Below, piece after piece: positions 23,691 through 37,280 of a DNA stretch of 64,000 bases. A program made the translations under genes and the position numbers. Location of the stretch: NCBI RefSeq assembly GCF_006345805.1, contig NC_043014.1, forward strand, positions 34,844,001-34,908,000, written 5' to 3'. Position 1 is the first letter of the stretch. Each line of letters begins with the position of its first letter. The notes below the pieces were generated by a model. It had not been told where the DNA came from and did not search any database. It saw only the letters and a program-made list of their open reading frames with translations. This stretch comes from Octopus sinensis. Its lineage: Eukaryota.

Positions 23691-25338
23691 ATGTTAGCTC
23701 TGACCAAGCAGAACTACTAAGACATATTAACTTTGAACATCATGTCTTTTGACTATGTGCAGGGAACTCAGGGCTGCATTATCCAACATATCCTTTTCCA
23801 AAGTAGTCGATTATGATTTTAGAGAGATTTCGCTACTATTTTTCACTGATTGAGGGACCTCATTAACTGATAAATTAGAGTAAAGAGTGGAGTGGTCTTC
23901 ATGAATTTTGCAGGCCTTTTTCTAGGCTGATGAGATCAATGCTTTAACATTTGTAAGTAAATATTTAAAAACATGGAAATATCTGCAAACAAAACACGGG
24001 TAGAGAAGGAGTCATTGCAGAGGTTTCCAGTTCTGTTTAGGAAAGACTTGAAAAGTGGGTACCCAATTAGGGTAGCATGAAGTGGAGGGACAGCTTGTGT
24101 GGAAGAGAATATATACTTTTCTAGTTCTCAGGAGAAGATCCTGTTCTAGTAGCAATAGAAATAACAAAGAGAAAAACAGAAAGAGCAGTGTCTGTTAGAT
24201 AGTTGGTGTAGTGTCTTAATGAATGAATCATTGATTCATTGAATGGCCTTAAGGATATGGTCTAGTGTGTGTATATGTGTGTGTAGCAGTACCACTGTCC
24301 TGTTTGTGACCTGTATCATACTTTATTGAAACTTATTTACAGGTTGTTTTTAGTCTTTATATCTTCAAGGTCATTAAAGAAGGTACCAGTAAAATACTGA
24401 GGTTCAGTTAGTTAAGTCTAAAAGCAAACAAATGTGTCTTGTGACCTAATGAATAATATAATTTCCATTAATTCTGTTTGTTGGTAGTTTTACATTTTAT
24501 ATAGTATAGTGACATTAATGAGTGGAATTAATATTTTAGCAGCATAAAATCAATATATCATCTAGGAAAACAATATTTTAGCAGAATGTAGTCTTAAATC
24601 ATATATAGTAGTGGTAATAGTAGTATTAGTTGGTATTCTCTGAGAATTGCTGCTTTTATAGATACAGTGAATAATGTAGTCCCCCCCTGCTCCCCAAGGA
24701 AAAAAAAAAGATGGTTACATCTGAAATGTTCTTCAAAGGTCTGCTAGATCACAGATAATCTGGGACTAAACAACGAATAAACTGTAAAACATGGCCAGTT
24801 AGCAATAGTAGCAAAACCTCTCTCAAATCAATCAAACCGTATCATTTTGGAAAGAGAAAAGACATATTGGATGATGTAGTCCTAGATACACTAGGATGTG
24901 TATGACTGGAATGTTTTTGATTCATAAGATTACTGAATCAAGGCTGACATTTGGCTAAACAACAACAGCAATTAAGAAGGACACCTTTGATAATGTAATC
25001 CAATATAAAACTATTGTCTGAATAATAGACTGCTTGATTAAGGTTGACTTAATGCTAAGCAATAACAACAATAACACTTGTTCTCACAAAACAACAAACA
25101 ACAAGGATAACTGAATGTTTTGGTATTATATTGAATTGTCTTTGATCACAAGTCTGCTTGATCGAAGATGACATGTGGCTAAAAAACAACTGGGAAAAAC
25201 TCATTGAATAATATATAAATTATATAACTTCATTAGCTTAATTTAATGCTTTCATATGGCAGATGAAATTTGTTAAGGCAGGCTTTCTGTGGCCAGATGC
25301 CTTTCCTGTTGCCAACCATCACCTGTTTCCATGCAATG

Positions 25339-25735
25339 GGATCTTTTCGGTTTGAATGGCAGTTTTAAACATAATTTCTAGGTAACAAAAAATTTTTAAC
25401 TTTGTATACTGATAGAATGTGTTTATAAAACATCTTTTTCTCTTGGCTTTATTGAGAAAATTCTATAGTTTGTAAGATATTTGTTGTTTTTTTTTCTTCA
25501 GTTTCTGCAATTCAACCAATCACTGACGTCTATTGAAGTAAAAAAACATTCTGTGCCGTATGAATATGTCCCTCATTTAAGAAACAGATTGGGTTTATTT
25601 ACATTTGTGAAGAAAAAAGATACCCTAACCCTAAAACAGATTGAAATGCAATAGATCGATACTAGGGTCATAATTATGGGTGACAATTTCATCTGACACC
25701 GCTAGAAAAAACTGCCGTTCAAACCGAAAAGATCC
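25339..25735. mobile_element. MITE with ~29-bp TIRs
   Basis: GGATCTTTTCGGTTTGAATGGCAGTTTT ... AAAACTGCCGTTCAAACCGAAAAGATCC; internal ACCCTAACCCTAA. Superfamily uncertain. Confidence 0.85.
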
Positions 25736-26348
25736 ATTTGCCCAGGGTCAGACATGTTTTTCATGGAAGACAGAAAGTGAACAACATCCTTTGCTGGATA
25801 GTGTTGCTTGTTTACAATCATCACATGATGTCAACACACTCAAACACACACACATATGACAGGCTTCTTTCAGTTTTTGCTTACTCAATTCACTTGTAAG
25901 GGTTTGATTGACCCAGGGCTATAGTAGAAAACACTTGCCCAAGGTGCTGTGCAGTACAACTGAACCTGGGATTACATTGCTGGAAGCTAGCTCAAATATT
26001 TTTTCATATAAAAGATTCTTTTTTTAATCATTTTTATACAAAAGCACAAAAATCAACTGCACCATAATATGCATGTAGCTTTACTAGGGACTACATTAAA
26101 AAAGTCACACCTGACAAAAATCAACTATGTTACAAATGTTTGTTGACATATGTAAGGTTTTTAAAAAATTTTTCTATAGTAAGTACTAAATCAGTCTTCT
26201 GCTTAAGAAATAAATCAATAAAGTACCAGACATAGTATTTGTGAGTGTCACAATCTATTGGCTTATAGGGTGCCACATAGGGGTTATACCTTCATGTTGG
26301 CCTGGCAGAGTCCACCTTTCTTCAAGTTATTATTCATGTTATTATATA

Positions 26349-26519
26349 GGTGTAGGAGTGGTTGTGTGCTAAGTAGCTTGCTTACAAACCGCATGGTTCC
26401 AGGTTCCGTCCCACTGCATAGCACCTTGGGTAAGTGTCTTCTACTATAGCCTCAGGCCGACCAAAGCCTTGTGAGTGGATTTGGTAGACGGAAACTGAAA
26501 GAAGCCCGTCGTATATATG

Positions 26520-26550
<31 letters not shown>

Positions 26551-26748
26551 TTGTCTGTGTTTGTTCCCCCAACATCACTTGACAACCGATGCTGGTGTGT
26601 TTACATCCTTGTAACTTAGTGGTTCGGCAAAAGTGACCGATAGAATAAGTACTAGTCTTACAAAGAATAAGTCCTGGGGTTGATTTGCTCGACTAAAGGC
26701 GGTGCTCCAGCATGGCCACAGTCACACGACTGAAACAAGTAAAAGAGT
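26349..26748 (+). mobile_element. SINE family A, full length
   Basis: High identity to 8094-8480. Confidence 0.9.
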
Positions 26749-27291
26749 ATGCGAGGATCCTTGGAGCTATATCATCTTGTCTCCATTGACAGTTTGGCAG
26801 GCTGAGACAACATTAAGTTTTTTTTTAATGCTGACATGGTGTTGGTCATGTAATATTGGTTTCAAATTTTGGTACAAAGCCAGCAATTTCAAGGAAGAGT
26901 AAGTCAGGTACTTATTTAATCAACTCTGAAGGATGAAAGGCAAAGTCGACCATGGCAGAATTTGAATTCTGAATGTGAAGATGGATAAAATGTTACTAAG
27001 CACTTTGCCCAGTGTGCTAAAGATTCTTGCAGCTCATCACCTTATGTTAGTCAGGTAATATGAAACTGATGAAACACTACTTCCAGCACTTTTAGTAGTG
27101 AGTTGTGCATTTATATGTTGTTACCACTTAAAGCTAGCTGGATTGGTCCATCTAAGAAGTGGCCTGGGCATTGACACTGTTGCTATCAGGTCACTGCTAA
27201 AAGTCAAATAGACACTATTGATCTGAATTATTCTAAGTTTATTAATTTAACTGCTTAGTTATTAAGTGGCTCTTAGACTGAAGTAAAGTAC

Positions 27292-27392
27292 CTTGCTGAA
27301 GGGTTCAAAGCCATAGAAAAACAGTAGAATAAGTTCCTCATTGTATAATTTCAGGTCATTATAGTACACCCCCACCCCTTGATATTTGAAAT
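27292..27392 (-). other. Candidate 101-nt internal exon (coding or 5'UTR)
   Basis: Acceptor tattttatattctttccag| and donor CAAG|GTACTT. One fully open frame: DFKYQGVGVYYNDLKLYNEELILLFFYGFEPFSK. Confidence 0.4.
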
Positions 27393-27889
27393 CTGGAAAG
27401 AATATAAAATATGTCTGTGATAAATTTAAATTAGTAAAATTACAGTTTTTAATGCTCCCACTGTGAAACTTTAAACAGCTATAAATGTACCTTATTACTC
27501 TCTTCACTCATAGAAAAGCTATTATTGAAGGTGGTGTGATTAGATGACTTATAAATATTTATGCACAATACAGTGTGTAGTAGAAAACTGAAATAAATTT
27601 AAAGTAGCTAAACTACTGTTTAGCTACAACAGCATGATTCAGTATTTAATCATGCTGATAGCAAACACCTGGTATACAAACCAGTCTGTCTGTTAACAGC
27701 TAAGTTTTAGTTTATGTTTGATGTAAATAGTACTTGCTATAAGTTCTCTTTGTGGGTAGAAAGGTGAGAAGGTATTTGTGTTGCAATGAGTGATCAAAAA
27801 ACTGGAACATGTCAGGAACATCTTTAAGTTTTCTGTGTGGATATTACTATCTTGAGTCTTAGGACTCATTGTGTCAGCTTCCTGGTTTC

Positions 27890-28606
27890 CCTGTGCCGGT
27901 GGCACATAAAAAGCACCATCCGATCGTGGCCATTGCCAGCCTCGCCTGGCCCCCGTGCCGGTGGCACGTAAAAAGCACCATCCGATCATGGCTGTTGCCA
28001 GCCTCGCCTGGCCCCCATGCCGGTGGAACGTAAAAAGCACCATCCAACCGTGGCCATTGCCAGCCTCGCCTGGCCCCCGTGCCGGTGGCACATAAAAAGC
28101 ACCATCCGATCGTGGCCATTGCCAGCCTCGCCTGGCCCCCGTGCCGGTGGCACGTAAAAAGCACCATCCGATCATGGCTGTTGCCAGCCTCGCCTGGCCC
28201 CCATGCCGGTGGAACGTAAAAAGCACCATCCAACCGTGGCCATTGCCAGCCTCGCCTGGCCCCCGTGCCGGTGGCACATAAAAAGCACCATCCGATCGTG
28301 GCCATTGCCAGCCTCGCCTGGCCCCCGTGCCGGTGGCACGTAAAAAGCACCATCCGATCATGGCTGTTGCCAGCCTCGCCTGGCCCCCATGCCGGTGGAA
28401 CGTAAAAAGCACCATCCAACCGTGGCCGTTTGCCAGCCCCATCTGGCACGTAAAAAGCATCCACTACACTCACGGAGTGGTTGGTGTTAGGAAGGGTATC
28501 CAGCCGTAGAAACATTGCCAGATCAGACTGGGCCTGGTGCAGCCTTCTGGCTTCCCAGACCCCAGTGAACCGTCCAACCCATGCTAGCATGGAAAGCGGA
28601 CGCTAA
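27890..28606 (+). mobile_element. SINE family C with nine internal 62-bp units arranged as (ABC)x3
   Basis: Unit starts at 27893, 27955, 28017 ... 28389; diagnostic variants recur every 186 bp. Confidence 0.95.
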
Positions 28607-29089
28607 AACAGACATGGAATATAAGTGACCAAGAACACAACATTCTCCCTGAACTGGATGCCAGTCTATTACAAAGTTTATATCTAGTTTATATACAACT
28701 GACTGTATTGGAGCAATGTGAAATGAAGTGTTTTGCTCAAGAGCACATTGCAGCACCTGGTCCGAGAATCAAAACCAGACTGCAAGATCATGAATGCAAT
28801 ATCCTAACCACTAGGCCACACACCTTCATGCAGCTTTCTGTGTGAGAAGAGAATAACAAGATATATTTACATCTGTTTAAAGTTTAACTGTGAAGGCTTT
28901 ACAAACTCCTCTTTGGCTACTTAAGTTATCTGAGGTTTCTGATACAAGTTGCATTGCGCACAATATATAATTATTAATATAAAACTATGTTTGATCTGAG
29001 ATAGAGTTATCATTAAGATATACAAATATCTTCCATGAGATTCAGATATATTTTTAACAAAGTTTTGGACCTATTTTGTTTCTTTTTAA

Positions 29090-29891
29090 CCCTTTCATTA
29101 TCATATTTCTTTTGGAACACAGTGTTTTTGTTTCAATTAATTTTGAGCATTGTTATATGGGAAAATGTTCTCATTGAAGAAGAAAGGAAAGGCCTATAGG
29201 AGTTGTATGAGAGCTGCAATGCTGTATGGGAGTGAGACATGGTGCTTGAGGGAGATAGAGATGGCAATTTTGAGAAGGACTGAGAGAGCAATGGTGAGAG
29301 AAATGTGTAGCATGAGGCTGTTTGATAAGTGGAGGACTGAGGACTTGATGGGGATGCTGGGCTTGGAGGAATCAGTGGAATGGCTGGCATGGGTGAATGG
29401 AGTGTGGTGGTATGGGCATGTGTTGAGGAGGGATGAGGAGCATGTTCTGAAGAGGGTGCTAAAATTTGAGGTAAATGGACAGTGAAAGCGAGGTAGACCA
29501 AGGAAAATGTTGAAGGAACACGTGGAGGAGGAGATTGGGAGGGTTGGCTTGAGAAGGGAGGATGCCAAAACTGGGTGAGATGGTGTGAGGGCAGTTGCTA
29601 TGGCATTGAGGTAGATCTGCCCCCCCCCAAGCGTTAATGGGGACAAAACCCGGATTCAAAACGATGGGTGATGATGATGATGATGAAGGACTTAATGAAA
29701 CAGTTTTGACATTATTAAACTTTAAAAATGATGAAGAATTTAGTAAAATAATTTTTATCATTATTAAGCTTGTATTTGGAACATAAATTAATGTGGAATT
29801 TTGATTAAAGATTTTAATTTATATCACTTTGAAACAGTAAATTTATGTCATAGAACCAAGGGTGGTTTTGGTTGGATTGGTATCAAAAGGG
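29090..29891. mobile_element. piggyBac-type MITE split by an RTE LINE 3' fragment
   Basis: Left end TTAA-CCCTTT at 29090 and right end AAAAGGG at 29891; both halves align to the 31938 family. Confidence 0.7.
29148..29686 (+). mobile_element. 5'-truncated RTE-clade LINE 3' end
   Basis: ...AAMLYGSETW...WYGHVLRR...KRGRPRK C-terminal RTE signature and a (GAT)n tail. Confidence 0.9.
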
Positions 29892-29974
29892 TTTAAATGG
29901 TTCCACCTCTTTTGGTATAAAAACATCTGTCTCCAAAGAGTTAAGTAACAGTGAAAATTTGTCTTCATGTAAGT

Positions 29975-30370
29975 GAGTGGCTGTGTGGTAGGTAGCTTGC
30001 TTACCAACCACATGGTTCCAGGTTCAGTCCCACTGCATAGCACCCTGGGCAAGTGTCTTCGACTATAGCCTCAGGCCGACCAAAGCCTTGTGAGTGGATT
30101 TGGTAGACAGAAACTGAAAGAAGCCTGTCGTATATATATATATATATGTGTGTGTGTGTTTGCGTGTCTGTGTTTGTCCCCCCAACATTGCTTGACAACC
30201 GATGCTGGTGTGCTTACGTCCCCGTAACTTAGTAGTTTGGCAATAGCGACCGATAGAATAAGTACTAGGCTTACAAAGAATAAGTCCTGGGGTCGATTTG
30301 CTCGACTAAAGGCGGTGCTCCAGCATGGCCACAGTCAAATGACTGAAACAAGTAAAAGAGAAAGAGAAAA
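29975..30370 (+). mobile_element. SINE family A
   Basis: High identity to 8094-8480. Confidence 0.9.
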
Positions 30371-30446
30371 AACTCTTTAATGAGAAAGCAAGCCTGGTTG
30401 TGTCCAAATTTCTCCAGAAGTTTTGAATTTTGTTTGGGTAGGTCTC

Positions 30447-30780
30447 ATCATCATCATCATCATCATCATTTAGCGTCCGTTCTCCATGCTAGCATGGGTT
30501 AGACGGTTCAACTGGGGTCTGTGAAGCTGGAAGGCTTCATCAGGCCCAGTCAGATCTGGCAGTGTTTCTACGGCTGGATGCCCTTCCTCACGCCAACCAC
30601 TCCGTGAGTGTAGTGGGTGCTTTTTACGTGCCACCCGCACAGGTGCCAGACAGAGCTGGCAAACGGCCACCAACAGATGGTGCTTTTACGTGTCACCGGC
30701 ACGGGGGCCAGGCGAGGCTGGCAACGGACACGAACGGATGGTGCTTTTACGTGCCACCAACAAGGGGGCCAGACAGAGCT
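30447..30780 (-). mobile_element. SINE family C
   Basis: (CAT)n tail on the left; internal repeat units in reverse orientation. Confidence 0.85.
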
Positions 30781-31701
30781 GATTTCCATCAATGAGCTGC
30801 AACAAAACAAACAGGACCATTGAGAATTTTTTTTTTCAGTCATGCAGCATTGGTAACAGTTAATGTGGGGTACCCTCTATGTAGTGGCTCAACCTGCTTG
30901 AAATAGCAGCTTTGAATCCCTCAGTTCACATGATATTATTTTAAACGTAAACACATTGAATAATATAGTTCAGGTTACACTATGCCTAGAAAAAAAGATG
31001 TGATGGTCTTAGCTGGAATGCCTTTGATTATAGATCAGCTGGATCAAGGCTGACTTGTGGTGGTGGTGACAAGCTAGACAACTGTACAATCTATCACTCT
31101 GTCTGTAAGTCTATGACCTCCTAACCCAGATTCAATTTAAGAACAAAACACCCACCAGAATATACTTTCTAAAAAAAATATTTACTTCACTTGAGAAAAA
31201 TGTTGACTGCACATTTTCAAGTTGAACCTGTTCTATCATAGTAAATAACCTTGAATGTTAATGTTCAACATTCCAGTTATTATCTAAGGAAAAGACTTTT
31301 GCTTTGTCATTTTATGTAAGCTCTAAGTTATCTCCCTTGAATAAGAAGCTCAGCTCCTGTAGATTAACATAATGAAGAAAAATTTCATTTGAATTGATGT
31401 GAGTTGATCAATATAAGAGCAATGGAAACATAACTATTTATTCTATTAATCAATCGTAATATAAAACCATGACTGATATTGTGAGTAAACAATTTAAATA
31501 TAGCTAAATATGAAAATGTTGAAGAATGTAACTTATGTTCATTCATATATTTTATTAATCCTTTTGCTACCAGTCAGTTAAAAAAAATAATGATTTTAGT
31601 TAAGTTGTGTTAAGCTGGTGTTTAGAACATAAATTTGTGTGAAATTTTGATGGAAGGTTTTATTTTAAAAGATACAAACGACAGAGGCAGTATTACTACA
31701 A

Positions 31702-31924
31702 AGAGGTAATATTTATCCCTACTTAAACATGGATGTCCTATTAGAACAGACTATACTGCGGAAGTTACCCCGAGAGAAACTCTCAATTTGACCTTTTGTC
31801 TCCCTGCTAGCGATATAAATAAGAGTGCATTTTGCATCAAAAGGCCAATATGAGAGTTTCTCTCATTGGTAACAGTTTGTTCTAATAGAACATCCATGTT
31901 TAGGTGGAGATAAATATTATCTCT
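31702..31924. mobile_element. Foldback MITE with ~90-bp imperfect TIRs
   Basis: GAGGTAATATTTATCCCTACTTAAACATGGATGTCCTATTAGAAC... pairs with ...GTTCTAATAGAACATCCATGTTTAGGTGGAGATAAATATTATCTC. Confidence 0.85.
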
Positions 31925-31937
31925 CATTTTAATTTAA

Positions 31938-32158
31938 CCCTTTTGTTACCGTATTTCTGTTGAGATGTTCTGTGTTGCTTTCAATTATTTTAAATATAAC
32001 AAAGAATTTAGTAAAATAACTTCGTTATCATTAAGCTGGTGTTAGGAACATAAATTGTGACTAAGGTTTGTTGAAAGATTTTAATTCAGAACTTTTGAAA
32101 ACAAGACATTTGTACTACAGAGCCACAGGCGGTTTTAGCCGGGTTGGTAACGAAAGGG
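31938..32158. mobile_element. piggyBac-type MITE (221 bp)
   Basis: TTAA|CCCTTTTGTTACC ... GGTAACGAAAGGG|TTAA. Confidence 0.9.
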
Positions 32159-32162
32159 TTAA

Positions 32163-32383
32163 CCCTTTAGCATTTAAACCGGCCATATCCGTCCAAAAGT
32201 ATTCTGCCTGTTTTATGTTCAAACTGGCTAGATCTGGTCTCTTACACCAACCCTACAATATTGTTTTAAAAATTAACAGCTACCTCATCAAAATCTCATA
32301 GCTACAAGGTAATGCATGATTAGTTCAAAACAAAGTGGATAAAGAAGCATTAATTTTGGCAGAATAATGTGAACACTAAAGGG
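32163..32383. mobile_element. Second piggyBac-type MITE family (221 bp), sharing the TTAA with the previous element
   Basis: TTAA|CCCTTTAG ... CTAAAGGG|TTAA; homologue at 51094-51306. Confidence 0.9.
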
Positions 32384-33559
32384 TTAAACCATTTTAAAAG
32401 TGGAAGTTTGTATCATAGAACCACGAGTGGTCTCTGATGGGCAGGTATCAAATGGGTTAAACACCAGCATCTTAGATAACTCAGTCTACTTGCCTGGAAA
32501 TAAATACCAGTGTATTGTTCCAATCAGTGGCAACATTATAAGGTGGATAAGTTGTTTGTTAGCTTGCCATACAAAGTTCAGTTCCTACTGTATTGCTGCT
32601 GTTGTTTATTAGTTCCATGCTGACGATTCTAGGAGGCCCATAATCAAAGTGTTTCAGGCAAGTCCTCTTTATCTTTTTAAAGATATGTAGAAAGATGTTA
32701 TCTTATGTGTTCTCTCCTTATTTAAAAGGGTAGGGTGTGGTTTGGTTGCTATTTTTACTAGGTTGAGCAATTGTGTAGAGGTACCCTCTTTAGTATAGTC
32801 TCTCCTAAGTTGATTTACCCCTAGATATATAATATCATCATCATCATCATCATCATTGTTTAACATCCATGCTGGCAGTGGGTGGAGGGTTTGACAAGAT
32901 TTGACTAGCCTAAGGGCTGTGTTGGTCTCCATTGTCTGCTTTGGCTAGGTTTCCATAGCTGGATGCCCTTCCTGGATGCCAACCACTTTACAGAGTGTAC
33001 TGGGTGCTTTTTTTCATGGCACCTGCACAAGTGGGGTCACCAAGTAACACACAAGACAAAACTTCTTCACTGAGTGGGAAATGGCATTGTGCTATGTACA
33101 GAAAAGCTAAAAATAGGAAAGCGGAACAGGTGTCTTGCTGTAGAAGAGATACATGGGTACTCCAGCAAAAAAGGGAGAAAAGATGGTGGAGATGAGATAT
33201 CAGAGCATATCCTCAAGGTACAATAAGGTGCATCGGGAGAGAATAGGATGGGAAGTTGAGCAGAGTATATGATTATAAATTATTCACTTGTCACAAAATA
33301 ATCTGATGGGATATGAGTTTCAGTACCATGTTACTATAACGATTTTTAACACTGATTAAGCAAATTTGTTGATACTGTTTAGCCCTTAGCCCTAGGTCAG
33401 CTCTTATTAAACAGACCTTTGGCACTTAGTAAGTTGATCAAGCAGCTAGGTATAACCCACACATTTATTGCTACTGATATTTCATACTGAGATTTGTAGA
33501 CGTCCATAATTACAATTAAACATGTTGCACTCTCTCCAATGTTTAGTGTATTTCTGTAT

Positions 33560-34450
33560 TTTGTATGCAGGTGTCATACTGTGGAGTTGGTGTTCCCCTT
33601 CACTTATGAGTGGAGGTGTGTATCTCAACAGAGTTTTTTTTTTTTTGCTCCTGTCACTATTAGTGCTGCTGCTACCTCTGTAATTGTGTTTGTTTGGACT
33701 GAGTTGGAGAGACTGTTCTTAGGATGGTGCTGTAGTAGTGTTTTGAAGTGTTTAGATGTGATTGTACATGTAGCGGTAGGGACTGTGGAATTTATAGAAA
33801 GCCCTTTAAAACAGCATCACATACTTCCATCATATAAAAAAATAAGTCTACAAGATTTTATCCTTGATATCACAAGCCCACACATTCTTCTCTCCAATTT
33901 ACAATATAGATTCAGAATTGCAGGAACTGATGCAGCAATGCACCAGCTTCAGCATTTGGTCATCATCAGAAGGTGTAAAAGCCAATCTCACTATCTTGAA
34001 TTTGGTGTTCATGCCTATCCTTTCCTATGGCCATGAATCTTGGGTAATGACTGAAAGGATACAATTGTGAATACAAGTAGTCAATGGTTCTTTGGAGTAA
34101 TGTTACTTGATAGAGTGCTTAGCTGAGAGATGAGAGAGGTGCTACAGGTAGAATTGTTAATTCTCTGAATTGGGAGATCACAGCCCTGATATTATGGACA
34201 TGTGGTAAGAATACCTTAGGGGGCAAAAACAAAAACAAAACAAAAATAAAATGACTGGACAAGTTTTATAGGCAAAACCAACCAGCAGAAGACCCAAGGG
34301 TAGACCACGAGCAAGATGGTTGGATAACATCCATGAGCTTAGTTGGTCTCTCTTTGGGATCCAGCCAGGTTAATTGGTTGCTTCTGACAGAACCTGATGG
34401 AAAGCACGCTTGACTCTGCTCCCATGACCCTCCCAGGACTAAGTGGATGA
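33560..34450 (+). mobile_element. Decayed RTE-clade LINE 3' region
   Basis: ...VFMPILSYGHESWVMTER... and RRPKGRPRARW motifs. Boundaries approximate. Confidence 0.8.
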
Positions 34451-36896
34451 AGATTAGATAAGATGAGATTCAGATGACACCACTCTCAAACCTTACACAA
34501 AGACTAAGAGTAGGCAATGGCTTGAACAACAAGAAAAACCCTCTATGCATCATTCCAACTATCAGGAGTTGCACATGATTCAGTTATAGGATAAGGATTT
34601 GTTCTATCAGCTGAAGGCTTGATGGTTCACGCCCTATTAATGATACTGCAGTGTCTTTGGCTATGACAACTGACTCAACTAACCTAGTCAATATAGCTCA
34701 TTAGTACCATAGAGAGGTACAGTTCATTGCTGCCTGTAGTAGACTTAACTGCATATTCAGTAATTAAAGTAGATGATGTGTATGCCGTAGTGTGAGATGA
34801 CATATTTAGAATAGGGCTCTTCATTAAAGCATAAATTAGAAGTTGAAGTATAGGGTTGAATATTCACTTCATAGTTCTTCATTGGGAAAAGTATTAATCA
34901 ACATTTCACCTTACACAAGAACCACATATGCTGGTTCAGTTTTTAGCTGTACTCTGATTCTTACTGATACATCACCCTAATTAGATTACCAATACTGATG
35001 AATATTTCTCTGTTTGATCAAGTATAAATAATCATCTAGGGTTTCATTTGTGCATAGAGAAAGCTGAGCTCATAGCTTTCCTTGGGCAAAATATGCAATA
35101 TCGTGGATTAACACTTTTGGAGTTAAAGTAAACTCTTGGAATCTATGACTTTTTACAATAGATTAAAATGGTGACACCCAAATTGTTCCTTTACTTTTCA
35201 GTCGGGATTTATCATAAAATGCAAATAATTTTAAATACTCTTAGTTACTAATTTTCAAATACTAAATAATAAAATGAATGTCAAAAAAAAAAAAAAATTG
35301 CAGCTGTAATTTGCATTTACATTTAATTATTGAATTTGATTGAATAAGCAGCTGCACCTCATTTAATGAGCGTTGCAAATAACTGGAATTAGTTGGTTGT
35401 TGGACTGTTTGCTTAAAGGTCTACAGGTCATTGTCCCTAGCACTGTAGCTTGTTCCACTTTAGCTGTAAATAGGTACCTTAAGTATATGATGCTCAATTA
35501 CATACTTGGAATACTAAAAATAGCAGCTAAATTCTTTCATATCACACCATACCATCTTAAAAAAGAAAAGACAATTGGATAGGAGATGCGAACATTGCTG
35601 AGGTGTGCAGTGTAGGTTCTATTTGCATGTAAAAAAAACTCATGAATCAATTTCCAGTTATTTCATCATTACTCTTCCAATATGTTTGAATCTTGCATCA
35701 TGCATTTAAATGAGAGAAGCTCTATGTGACTACTTGACCTACTGGAAATAGCTAGAGAAGCACCCGCACCTTAAAAGACAAATAACATGATTTCCCATGA
35801 TTTTTTTTTTTTTCCCATGATTTTTTTTTTTTTTATATATAATGCTTACCGTTGTCATTGAAGGTTATATTTATATTGCATGTGTGTACGTGTGTATGAA
35901 ATTGACCTTGTCATAAAAAGTACTTTTGACTGTCTCTAACATAAGGTCTTATGGTAGAGTTATACCCATTGTATAACGGTACTTGTTTATCATAATAATA
36001 TTAATAGTGTAGTATTAGTAATAATGGCATTGACTGAATATGTAGCAGTGTTGAAGATAAAATGATGATGTTGTAATCCTTCCTTGTGCATGAAACCTTC
36101 CTGATAGCTGTCAGGCCTAACTGCTGATGTAATACTTTGATAGTTGGAAGCTTCCTTTCAGATTATTCTGTCAAGGTGTGTGTGTATGTAGGTATGTATG
36201 TATATATATGTATATATAAATGGAGGTGAGCTTTGACTTTCACCTCCACTCTGTCATCTTTGGATGTACATCACCTCAGAGTTCAGACACCTCCTTCTAG
36301 AACCAATAGTAAATATTTTCCCAATCCTTTTCTTCCAGAATTGTCATTCACTGGAATTCCATTCATATTAGATTGCAATGAATCAAAACAGTAAACATCA
36401 TCAAATTACTCCTATCATGCTATCTAGCTAAAATATATGGATACTATTTTCATAGAGGTAACCTTTTTTTCTTTTTCCTTTTTTTTTTAAGGAGAAACTT
36501 ATTAAAACACAAGTAGAATACTAATTTAGTATTGAAGTTCACTTGGTTCCTCTTAAGTATACAGCTGGCATTGGTTGACCTAAGTAGAACTGTGGTGTTG
36601 GTTGACCTAAGTAGAACTAACTGAAGCAAATCAACAGCAACACCATCAGCTATTAGTTTAATTTCACTTTGCTCTGTCATACTTTGACAGTGAAGCAAGA
36701 TCTTAAATTTTTAACTATATGCTGGCTGTTAAGCAAAGTCTTAAACTTGTAATTGAATGATGGCATTTAAGCAATTAAATTTTGAATCAAATTGAAAACT
36801 AAGTGAAGGATTTCTGAGTGTTTACTTTCACCCTTTCCACTCTTTCCCTTGTTTCTTACACACCTTTCTTTCACCCATATTCACTGCCGTTCATAC

Positions 36897-37280
36897 ACGC
36901 ATACAGACATGTCTCTGTGATAAGAATTTTGCTTCCCAATAACATGGTTTCAGGTTCTCTGGGTTCAGTTACACTACATGGCAACTTGAGCAAGTGTCTT
37001 CTACTATTCTGCTTTAGCCTCAAGCCAACCCAAACCTTGTGAGTGGATATATATATAAAGCCATGCATATGTGTGTCTTTGTGTTTGTTTGTCCCCCACC
37101 ACCGTTTCACAACCAGTGTTGGCCTGTTTATGGCTCTGTAGCATTATTGGTTCTGCAAAAGATAGAATAAATACTAAGCTTAAATAAAAAAAAATACTGG
37201 GGTTGATTTGTGTGACTAAAATTCTTCAAGGCAGTGTCCCAGCATGGCTGCAGTCTAATGACTGAAACAAGTAAAAGATA
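36897..37280 (+). mobile_element. SINE family A, diverged
   Basis: Recognisable head, central segment and GACTGAAACAAGTAAAAGA tail. Confidence 0.75.

Noticed and set aside
25623-25633. Telomere-like CCCTAA repeats
   Set aside because: Only two units, and they are internal to a MITE.
27693-28590. Long ORFs of 255 and 238 aa
   Set aside because: They arise because the 186-bp higher-order repeat is a multiple of 3 and GC-rich. The same peptides appear in every family-C SINE.
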